From: a virus
Taxonomy: Duplodnaviria > Caudoviricetes
Reading direction: 5' to 3' (one strand)
Length of the DNA: 32,596 bases
Virus record (IMG/VR): IMGVR_UViG_3300044759_000110
Coordinates: 1 to 32,596 of that record
Positions within the stretch are counted from its first letter, which is position 1. Every line of letters starts with the position of its first letter. Shown here piece after piece: positions 24,933 to 32,596 of the stretch. The translations under genes and the position numbers were made by a program. Below the pieces are notes generated by a model. That model saw only the letters and a list, made by a program, of their open reading frames with translations. It ran no database searches and was not told the origin of the DNA.

Positions 24933-27290
24933 ATGGAACGTAAAGTTAACATCCAAGATTGGCAGAAGGTCACGGTCGAGGATTTCAATAACTTCGGCCT
25001 GTTCCCGCGCTACTCGTTTGATCACATCGTCGGCGACACGCTCGTCCCCTCGATGGCGTTCACCGGCTTCACGACGGTGCAGACCGCACCGGCTGTCGTG
25101 ACGGTCGGCAACGGTCGGCTCTATCACAACGGGCTGGTGTTCTATAACGACAGCGAGGGCGGATCATCGCTCGATCTTCTCAGCGTGCTCCCGGTCGTCA
25201 CGCGACGCTACGTCGGCATCGTCGTGTGGGGCCAAGAGATCGAGACGGACACTGAGCCGCGAACCTTCCTCACCGACCCGGTGACGCGCGCAACGGTGGC
25301 TCGTGTTGTCTCGACCGAGAGCCGTCGCTGGGCGAACATCTCGACAGTGGTAGGCGCTGAAGGTCCAGACCCGCAGCCGCCGACGGTCGCGTCGAACACG
25401 CTGGCGATTGCGTGGATATTGCTCGACAGCACCGGCATCGTCTCGATCCAGATGGTCGATGAGAATCGCGCGCCGAACCTCGTCGCGCTCGACGACCGCA
25501 TGAACGAGATGGATGCGTGGCGAACTCAGACCGCCTCGCGTCTCGACACTCTCGCAACCGACATCGCTGCATTGGCCGCTCGTCTCAGCGGCACGGCGAC
25601 GATGAAGTTCGTGCTCAACATCGCGGTCGATGTCGCGCGCGTGCGCGAGGTGTTGAACCTGCCCGACACCTACTCGGCGTGGGGTGCCGATCACTTCCTG
25701 ACACCTGATGAATCCGACATCACCAACGTGGATTATCTGGCGAAGGTCGAGGAGGGTGTTCGCTTCCCGAATGCTGCAGAGCGCGATTCTCAATTCGCGT
25801 TGCTCAACCCGATGGACCCTGCGGTCGTCGTGCAGGCGAACTTCGTGTTGCCGGTCTACGATCAGGTGTCACGTCTGGAGGTGCTGGGCCGCGACAGCGA
25901 GATGTCGATTGCGCAGTATCAGTATCAGACAATCTCGTGGGAGCTTTGCGCCAAGACACGCACGCGCATCCGCTGGGGCACGCCGATGGTGGTGTGCTCG
26001 AACGGTGTGTGGTGGTTCGCTCCAGCCGGTCACGATTACGGAACAGGCTGGCTCAATCCAAGCGCTGCGCAGGTCGGCGGCTACACGCCGAACACCGACC
26101 TGATCTACGACCCGATCCGCAACATCCTCACGCGCGGCAACGAGACGTTCCAAATCCTCGACGTGATGGACAACCCAAGCCACACGGTGCTTCGGCTCGT
26201 GCAGTTCTGGGTCGATGAGATCATCGACAGTTACTACTGGCGACAGGTGATCACCATCGAAGGTCTCAACGGATCGGTGATCTCGCAGAGCTATCTCAAC
26301 TCGCAGGGCGGCTGGCTGACGGGCGTGGATATTTTCTTCACGCGCATCTCGACCAGCGGCGACGTGCACATGATCATCTGCGAGTGCAACGAGGCTGGCG
26401 CGCCGAACTTCCAGCGCGCCATCGCACGCTCGACCGTGGCGGCTGATCTTCTTCGCGCTCCACCGTACGCGACGAAGTTCAACTTCCTGCCGACGTATCT
26501 GGCGAAGGGTCAACGCTACGCCTTCGTGCTGCAGACACCCGGCAACCACTTCGTCTCGCTCGTGCACAACAACAAGTTCGCGCAGGGCTCGATGTTCACA
26601 TCGACCGACGGCGCGTGGTCGGTCGGCGACCTCACGAAGGATTTGGCATTCCGCCTGTACTTCGCGAAATTCCGCTCGACCATCTGCACCACGCAATTGC
26701 TGTCGCTCGAACTGAACGGCGGCATCTCGCAGATCGATCTCAACTACGACAGCACGCGACCGCCCGGCACAGCGATCACCTTCGAGGTGCAGGTCAACGG
26801 CACGTGGGTCCCGCTCGGTTACTACGACACCAACCCGCTCGTCGCTCTTCCACCGTTGCTGCCGTTCCGCGTCACGTTCACCGGCACGACGGACGAAATG
26901 CCGGGCATCGGTGTGGCAACCAATTCGCGTTCGCTCACCTCGCGACCGCGTTCTGATTTCAAGCACATCTCGATCATGCGCACGACGCCTTCACCGGTCA
27001 CGACGATCTACTGCGATTTCCGTTTGGAGAGTTGGCGGGGCGCTCCCTACCACACCTTCCTCGCGCGCATCCTGACCGGCGCTGGCTACACCGTTGTGCG
27101 CACGCCGTCGCTGATCGCGGATGAAACGGACCCGAACGATCCAACGGTTCTGATCAGGCACTGCACGTGGAATCTCGCAGCGCTCGGCGGCGTCGCGATC
27201 AGTTCGTACAAGATCAGGATCGAGGGTCTGACGGACAACGTCAACGCTTGCTACCTCGTCGCCGAACGCATCGACATCGGCATCGCGTAA
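24933..27290 (+). CDS. Baseplate-associated fibre-attachment protein, DUF4815-like (785 aa)
   Basis: Follows I; ADHFL...ESD, SQSY...LTGVDIFF, L.KGQRYAFVL, DLAFRLYFAKF. Confidence 0.65.
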   Translation: MERKVNIQDWQKVTVEDFNNFGLFPRYSFDHIVGDTLVPSMAFTGFTTVQTAPAVVTVGNGRLYHNGLVFYNDSEGGSSLDLLSVLPVVTRRYVGIVVWGQEIETDTEPRTFLTDPVTRATVARVVSTESRRWANISTVVGAEGPDPQPPTVASNTLAIAWILLDSTGIVSIQMVDENRAPNLVALDDRMNEMDAWRTQTASRLDTLATDIAALAARLSGTATMKFVLNIAVDVARVREVLNLPDTYSAWGADHFLTPDESDITNVDYLAKVEEGVRFPNAAERDSQFALLNPMDPAVVVQANFVLPVYDQVSRLEVLGRDSEMSIAQYQYQTISWELCAKTRTRIRWGTPMVVCSNGVWWFAPAGHDYGTGWLNPSAAQVGGYTPNTDLIYDPIRNILTRGNETFQILDVMDNPSHTVLRLVQFWVDEIIDSYYWRQVITIEGLNGSVISQSYLNSQGGWLTGVDIFFTRISTSGDVHMIICECNEAGAPNFQRAIARSTVAADLLRAPPYATKFNFLPTYLAKGQRYAFVLQTPGNHFVSLVHNNKFAQGSMFTSTDGAWSVGDLTKDLAFRLYFAKFRSTICTTQLLSLELNGGISQIDLNYDSTRPPGTAITFEVQVNGTWVPLGYYDTNPLVALPPLLPFRVTFTGTTDEMPGIGVATNSRSLTSRPRSDFKHISIMRTTPSPVTTIYCDFRLESWRGAPYHTFLARILTGAGYTVVRTPSLIADETDPNDPTVLIRHCTWNLAALGGVAISSYKIRIEGLTDNVNACYLVAERIDIGIA

Positions 27291-27311
27291 AACCAAGGGG
27301 AGTACTACCGA

Positions 27312-27779
27312 ATGGCTACCGATAAATATCCGCAGCGCAATCACAACATGCCGATGAACGAAGGCGCGCTCGCTGCAGCGCGCGCTCGTCTCAACCCGGG
27401 TGGCGGCGTTGCGCCGGTGCAGCCACCGGCCAGCGGCAAGGGCTCGCGGCGCGAAGTGCGCCCGGGCGAATGGGTCGATGATCGCGTCATCGAGTTCGGC
27501 AGCATGACGGCGTCGCCTTCGGAGGGCGAGCCGCCTGCACCACGCGGCATGGACGGCAAGAGCTTGCCGACCTTCACGGCAGACAAGGTCTACAGCGTCT
27601 TGCTCGGCAAATCCTGCATGTACGCCGGTCGTACGCTGTCGCCATCGATGACGTTCGAGATGACCGGCGATGTGTGTCTCGATCCGAACGTGACGCCGTG
27701 CATCGTTGAAGCGACGGAGATTGGCGACAAGCCGGTGTCGCAAGACGCTGCCCCGAGTGGTGCGAAGAAGAAGGCCTGA
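27312..27779 (+). CDS. Hypothetical protein (155 aa)
   Basis: SD GGGGAG; tiles between the tail genes. Confidence 0.65.
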   Translation: MATDKYPQRNHNMPMNEGALAAARARLNPGGGVAPVQPPASGKGSRREVRPGEWVDDRVIEFGSMTASPSEGEPPAPRGMDGKSLPTFTADKVYSVLLGKSCMYAGRTLSPSMTFEMTGDVCLDPNVTPCIVEATEIGDKPVSQDAAPSGAKKKA

Positions 27780-27783
27780 TCAC

Positions 27784-29682
27784 ATGGCACTGAAGCGGCT
27801 GGATGAAGAGTTCGAACTGAAGCCGGGCACGCAACTGTTGCCGTATATGAAGCGGTTGCTGCCTTCGCTTGAGGGCCGGTTTCAGGAAATCGAATCCGAT
27901 CAGGATGTCGTCAACAAGCTGGCGTCGGAAATCCGCGCGGCAGCCTTGTTGCGCATGAACGAGATTCTGATTCCCGCGACCGAAGACATCATCGCGGTCA
28001 CCAAGCTCGGCTTCATGCTTGGTCCGGTCTCGACGCCGTACACGCTCGTGATGGGCTACATGACGATGATCGTGGACGAAGGTCCGCAGCGCGACAGCTT
28101 CACGCCGTCGCCTTATCTGATCATCGAGCACACGCCTGACGATTACGCCATCGCGCGATTGATCGGCTACCATCAGGCCGACGGTCTGTGCGAGTTCACG
28201 GTGACCGCGATCCACGGCAACCCGGGACCGCACTCGACGTGGATGATCTCATCGACGCCGGGCATGGCGGATTCGACCAAGCTCTATCACGACAACGTCG
28301 CGCCGATGCACGACACGGTAGTGGCCGACCACGCAGAGGTCGTGCAGATGCACGCCGACATTCTGGCGGCGGCGCAAGCCCTCGCCGAATCCGGCCTCGA
28401 CGCCTACGCCTTCATCCGCAAGGACGGCACCGTTCCGTTCGAAGCGCTGCAGATAGGCATGCATCCGCCGCCCGGTTCGAACGACACCTACATTCCGACG
28501 ACGAACTGGGTCCGCCTTCGCCTGCAGGAGTACGCTGGCGATGCGCTGATGAAGAGCGGCGGCACGATGACCGGCGCGCTCTATCTCAACGGTCCGCCGA
28601 CATCGAACCTGCAGGCTGCGACGAAGGCCTACGTTGACGCGATCATCGGGCAGGGCGGCACCGTCAACGGCTTGCTGACGATCCGCTCGGTCAACGCGAC
28701 GCTGAAGCTGCAATCAACCGGCACGCAACAGCATCGAACCATCGAGGCGGTTAATCCCGCAGGAGCGACGCGCTGGCACCTCAACATCGCGAACGGCGAT
28801 CTGGAGACCGGCGGCGATGTCGGTTCGAACTTCGTGCTGCATCGCTTCAACGACAGCGGCGGCTACGCTGCCGAAGCGCTGCGCGTCGCACGGCAGACCG
28901 GCGTGATGACGATCTACAACACGCTCAACGTCAATGCTGGCGGAGCGAGCATCACCGGCAACCTCAACAACATCGGCGACCTGCACACCTATCGCGCGGG
29001 CACCAACACCGGCGTGATCTACTTCGGCAACCAGCGCAGCGCCTATCACTACTGGGACGGCGCGACGCATCAGTTCACCGCAGGCGGCGGATCGTTCGGC
29101 GGCAACCCGTTCACGTCGGGCCACATCAATTGCTACTCGATCTACACGCAAGGCCACTACGCAACGGTGTGGGGCGCGACGGTTCACGGCGTCTTGACCG
29201 TCAACAACGCGATCAACATCAACGGCGGCGGCAACCAGCTTGTCTTGTCCGGTCAGACCCATAACCAGATTCAATTCTACGACACCGATTGGGGGGCGAT
29301 GTACCTCCATCACAACGGCGACCTGATCGGCTTCCTCAACAACGGCGGCGGCTGGTGCATGTGGGTGACGAACGCCGGTCACATCTGGGCCGGTCAGTAC
29401 GGATGGATTCACGATTACGTCAACAACACCGCGAGCAACCACGCATGGAGCGCGGCGAACACGCGCTACAATCAACTCGTCAATTCGATTCGCTGGGTCC
29501 ACGCCGGTGACATCGATTGGTATTACTACTGGTATCAACTCGCTGAAATCGGCAACGCCTGCATCACCGGGCTGTTCATCGCCAGTTGGGCGTACGGCGG
29601 CATCGGTCCGTACGCCGGACGCTGGCGTCAGTGTCAGCACAACGTGGCGGGTGGCTGGTACACATCGGGATGGGCGTCATGA
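27784..29682 (+). CDS. Tail fibre protein (632 aa)
   Basis: KSGGTMTGAL...AATKAYVD shaft motif, Gly/Asn-rich beta segments, IGFLNNGGGW, C-terminal ITG...R..Q....GGWYT tip. Confidence 0.85.
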   Translation: MALKRLDEEFELKPGTQLLPYMKRLLPSLEGRFQEIESDQDVVNKLASEIRAAALLRMNEILIPATEDIIAVTKLGFMLGPVSTPYTLVMGYMTMIVDEGPQRDSFTPSPYLIIEHTPDDYAIARLIGYHQADGLCEFTVTAIHGNPGPHSTWMISSTPGMADSTKLYHDNVAPMHDTVVADHAEVVQMHADILAAAQALAESGLDAYAFIRKDGTVPFEALQIGMHPPPGSNDTYIPTTNWVRLRLQEYAGDALMKSGGTMTGALYLNGPPTSNLQAATKAYVDAIIGQGGTVNGLLTIRSVNATLKLQSTGTQQHRTIEAVNPAGATRWHLNIANGDLETGGDVGSNFVLHRFNDSGGYAAEALRVARQTGVMTIYNTLNVNAGGASITGNLNNIGDLHTYRAGTNTGVIYFGNQRSAYHYWDGATHQFTAGGGSFGGNPFTSGHINCYSIYTQGHYATVWGATVHGVLTVNNAININGGGNQLVLSGQTHNQIQFYDTDWGAMYLHHNGDLIGFLNNGGGWCMWVTNAGHIWAGQYGWIHDYVNNTASNHAWSAANTRYNQLVNSIRWVHAGDIDWYYYWYQLAEIGNACITGLFIASWAYGGIGPYAGRWRQCQHNVAGGWYTSGWAS

Positions 29683-30128
29683 AGATCATCGATCACGGTG
29701 AGTGGATCGCGTGCCCGAAGCCGGAGAACTATCCGGTCAAGCTGCCGCCGAACATCCTGTTCTCGAAGCGCGTCTCCGACGGTGTCGATTGGTACATCTT
29801 CCAGCGCCGCGAACTGCACGACGCGAAGGGGCTGTTCGTCATCACGGTGCCGACCGAAGACGGCGGTCTCTCTGTCGCGACGACGACGCACGATGTGACG
29901 GCGCTGTTTCCAACCGGGAAGATGCGGCTGTTCGAGGTGCTCGACGCGCCAGAGGATCACGAGAAGCTGCGCATGCAGCGCCTCGATCTCAAGAAGAAAA
30001 AGTTCGTGCCTGCACCGCCGCCAGCGCCATCGATGATCGAGGTGCTGATGGAGGAGCTTGGGCTCGACCCGAAACAGATGCAGGCAAAGCTCGACGCGGC
30101 GAGAAAGAACAGGAGCCAACATGGCTGA
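29679..30128 (+). CDS. Tail fibre assembly chaperone-like protein (149 aa)
   Basis: DGVDWY and DVTALFP motifs; ATGA-coupled to the fibre gene. Confidence 0.7.
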   Translation: MKIIDHGEWIACPKPENYPVKLPPNILFSKRVSDGVDWYIFQRRELHDAKGLFVITVPTEDGGLSVATTTHDVTALFPTGKMRLFEVLDAPEDHEKLRMQRLDLKKKKFVPAPPPAPSMIEVLMEELGLDPKQMQAKLDAARKNRSQHG

Positions 30129-30414
30129 CGTAGCATTCTTCGAAGGCCGACAGACGACGCCGGTCCCGACCGCGCATCAGGTCACACCGACCAGCGCGCT
30201 GAGCATGATGGCGGTGAAGCTGGAGTGCAATCCGGTCGGCACCATCGTGGTGACGCCTATCGTGCAGGACCAGAACATCGGCGATTACGTGCGCGAGTTG
30301 CGCATCTTCTCTCTTCCGGCTGGTGGCGCAGAGCCGGAGTTGTTGTTGGCAGTGAGGCTACATGCGCTGACGGTGAAGCAACTTGAGATCATGACGCCCG
30401 CGCACACGATCTGA
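30121..30414 (+). CDS. Hypothetical protein (97 aa)
   Basis: SD AGGAG 5 nt before ATG 30121. Confidence 0.65.
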   Translation: MADVAFFEGRQTTPVPTAHQVTPTSALSMMAVKLECNPVGTIVVTPIVQDQNIGDYVRELRIFSLPAGGAEPELLLAVRLHALTVKQLEIMTPAHTI

Positions 30415-30446
30415 AATCTATCCCCCTCGCAACAAGGAGACATCAA

Positions 30447-32213
30447 ATGTCTGATCCGGTCTTTGGCATTAGCATCCGCAAAGTTGACGAAGGCGCGCGT
30501 CCCGTACTGGGCGCGGACCTTTCCACCATCGGCCTCATCGGTCCCGCACCGCTCGCCGATCCCGTGCTGTTCCCGTACGACACGCCGGTCGTGTTGAACT
30601 CGAACGACACCAAGAAGACGAGGAAGCTCGGCGAGAGCGGCTATCTCTCCGACGCTGTGCGCGGCATCAACGATCAGCTTGGCGAGACACAGTTCGCCGC
30701 GCGCATCGTCGTGGTGCGCACGGCTGAAGGCACTGACCCCGATCCGGCGATCAAGCTGCAGCAAACGATCTCGAAGATCGCTGGCGACAGCCTGAACGGC
30801 ACCGGCATGTGGGCGTTCCTCAAGAGCGCAGCGAAGCTCGGCTGCACGCCGCGCATCCTCACCGCGCCCGGCTACACCTCGCAGATGGCTAACGGCGTCG
30901 GCGAGATCGAGCGCACCGGCGGCGGCACGAACTACGTGATGGATCATCTCTATCCCGTGGCGTTCGAAGGCGGCGGTCCGGATGTCGTGTCAGCGACGGG
31001 CCACGCATATGGTCTGAGCAACGGCACGCTGGGACCTGTCGAGCTTGAGCTTCCCGGCGCGTGGTACGACGTACCTCCGACGATCACCGCTCCTCCTCCC
31101 GGCAACAGCGTCACGGCTGCGGCGGTCGCGGTCGGCGGTCTCGGCTATCAGGTCGGCGAGCAACTGATCCTCGATAACGAGATCATCCTGAACGTGGACA
31201 CGATCAGCCCCTCCGGCGGATCGGTGCTCACGGTCAGCGTGGTCGCTGGCGGCTTCTTGGTCGGCACTGAGGACACGCCGACGACGCCGCTCGACGTTCT
31301 CAGCACGACCGGCTCCGGCACCGGCGCTTCGTTCAACACCACGTGGGAGCCGACCGGTGAGGTCGCCACCTACACGGCGGAGATCGTCGCGGGTGCGAAC
31401 CCGGTGGTCGCGGGTGCAACGTCGATCTGCAATCAGCTTCTCGGTCAGATGATCGTGGAGAGCGCAGGCTCTTCGTTCCAGAACGATCTCGATTGGCGCG
31501 AGACGATGCAGAGCCATCGCCTGATTCCGATCAGCGGCGGTTGCCGTGTGATGGACCCGGTGACGAGCTACATCATGATCCGTCCGCTTGCGCCTCGCAT
31601 GGCGGGCATCATGGTGCGACGCGATCACGAGACCGGTGCGCCGTTCCACTCGGCGGCGAACCAAGCGGTGCAGGGGATCATCTCTCCGAACCGCGACATC
31701 GGCTTCAACCTCACCGACAGCGCGAACGAAGCTCAGGAGCTTCTGGCTGCGAACATCGGTGTGCTGGTGCGCGGCGAGATCGGCGACGATTTCGCAATCG
31801 CATCGGGCGGCTTCGTCCTGATCTCTACGGACAACGCAGGCGAAGACCCGTTGTGGCAGATGTACAATGTGATGCGCGGACGCGATTACATTCATCTGGG
31901 AATGCTGAAATCGCTGCGCTACTTCCTTGGTCGGTACAACATCATCGGCCACACCGTGCAGGCGATTCTCAACACGATGCAGTTCTTCCTGCGCGACCTT
32001 CACGCCGACAATCACATTCTCGGCTACAAGGTGAACTTCCGCACCGAAGGCAACTCGCCTGAACAGATCAGGCTGGGGCATCTCACCGTCGGCTTCAAGG
32101 CAGAAGAGCCGCCGGTCTTGAAGCACCTGACCATCGAGAGTTCGCGCTACCGCGAAGCCATCGATGCGATGGTCGCCGATCTTGCGACGCAACTGAACCT
32201 CGCAACGTCCTAA
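30447..32213 (+). CDS. Contractile tail sheath protein (P2 FI-like) with inserted domains (588 aa)
   Basis: STIGLIG.AP.AD...FP..TPV, PRILTAPG, PFHSAANQ...GI, N..EQIRLG; SD AAGGAG. Confidence 0.92.
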   Translation: MSDPVFGISIRKVDEGARPVLGADLSTIGLIGPAPLADPVLFPYDTPVVLNSNDTKKTRKLGESGYLSDAVRGINDQLGETQFAARIVVVRTAEGTDPDPAIKLQQTISKIAGDSLNGTGMWAFLKSAAKLGCTPRILTAPGYTSQMANGVGEIERTGGGTNYVMDHLYPVAFEGGGPDVVSATGHAYGLSNGTLGPVELELPGAWYDVPPTITAPPPGNSVTAAAVAVGGLGYQVGEQLILDNEIILNVDTISPSGGSVLTVSVVAGGFLVGTEDTPTTPLDVLSTTGSGTGASFNTTWEPTGEVATYTAEIVAGANPVVAGATSICNQLLGQMIVESAGSSFQNDLDWRETMQSHRLIPISGGCRVMDPVTSYIMIRPLAPRMAGIMVRRDHETGAPFHSAANQAVQGIISPNRDIGFNLTDSANEAQELLAANIGVLVRGEIGDDFAIASGGFVLISTDNAGEDPLWQMYNVMRGRDYIHLGMLKSLRYFLGRYNIIGHTVQAILNTMQFFLRDLHADNHILGYKVNFRTEGNSPEQIRLGHLTVGFKAEEPPVLKHLTIESSRYREAIDAMVADLATQLNLATS

Positions 32214-32223
32214 GCTCCAGCCC

Positions 32224-32284
32224 GGAGGGCAGCACGAAGTAACGTGCTTCAAACTGTCGGGGCAACTGTAAGTGCCCGCCCTCC
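32224..32284 (+). ncRNA. Candidate cis-acting three-way-junction RNA structure between sheath and tube genes
   Basis: P1 GGAGGGC/GCCCTCC, P2 AGCACG/CGTGCT, P3 GGGCA/TGCCC; all pairs are Watson-Crick. Confidence 0.5.
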
Positions 32285-32317
32285 ACCTCTTCACCTGTCA
32301 TCGGAAAGGAAATTCAA

Positions 32318-32596
32318 ATGTCACAGACGATCTACGTCATGGAGAGCGCGAACCTGATTTGCGGCGACACCGCTGGTCCGGCAGGCACCGGCTCCGGCAC
32401 TGCATCGCCCGGCATCAGCACTCACCTCATCTTGCAGGAGTTGAAGCTGCCCGGGCTCGAAGAGAACTATGTCGATCACACGCCCGGCGGCGTGATGGTG
32501 GGCATCGAGATTCCGACGCACATCAACAAGCTCGAAGCGACGTTCAACCTCGCGGGCTGGGACCCGGATGTTATGACGTTCATCGGGCAGAACGAT
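32318..32596 (+). CDS. Major tail tube protein (P2 FII-like), 3'-truncated by the window edge
   Basis: MSQTIYVMESANL...ELKLP.LEE...HTPGG....IEI....KLEATF.LAG.DPD; follows the sheath; SD AAGGA. Confidence 0.85.
   Translation, partial: MSQTIYVMESANLICGDTAGPAGTGSGTASPGISTHLILQELKLPGLEENYVDHTPGGVMVGIEIPTHINKLEATFNLAGWDPDVMTFIGQND

Noticed and set aside
29291-29296. G6 tract in the tail fibre as a phase-variation site
   Set aside because: Too short, and expected by chance at this GC content
27784-29682. Diversity-generating retroelement or invertible tail fibre cassette
   Set aside because: No reverse transcriptase, template repeat, invertase or inverted fibre copy is visible in the window
32224-32284. 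Hammerhead ribozyme, tRNA or intrinsic terminator
   Set aside because: It lacks the CUGANGA/GAAA core, a cloverleaf with T-loop, and a U-tract
1-32596. Stop-codon reassignment
   Set aside because: TAA, TGA and TAG all end genes cleanly, and the genes tile under the standard code

Overview
The window is a high-GC, entirely plus-strand virion morphogenesis operon of a contractile-tailed (myovirus-type) phage or prophage. An alphaproteobacterial host is plausible but is only an inference. Gene order: MuF/gp7-like head morphogenesis protein; a ~14 kb accessory fibre/adhesin cassette (small beta-rich protein, CxxCxxCC protein, 3059-aa modular giant, collagen-like fibre, tandem LamG protein, two membrane proteins); DUF2213 protease/scaffold, capsid decoration protein, DUF2184 major capsid protein; DUF4054 adaptor and neck genes; then a P2-like tail block (V, W, J, I, DUF4815-like, tail fibre, chaperone, sheath, start of tube). 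The most notable signal is a candidate beads-on-a-string fibre system. The giant protein has ~46 copies of a ~21-aa GxGxLxxxxxxxxGxG repeat, with glycan-binding-type domains inserted inside individual repeats. Two paralogous ~125-aa candidate bead proteins are present, one beside the giant gene and one among the neck genes, and two copies of the same repeat appear inserted in the baseplate gpI-like protein. Other observations: a nested scaffold start preceded by a 13-bp coding-region hairpin, recurrent stem-loops just upstream of RBSs, a three-way-junction RNA between sheath and tube, a MuF-type HPNCRC module in a gpZ-like gene, and two small ORFs missing from the ORF track. All family assignments come from motif recognition by eye; no database search was run.
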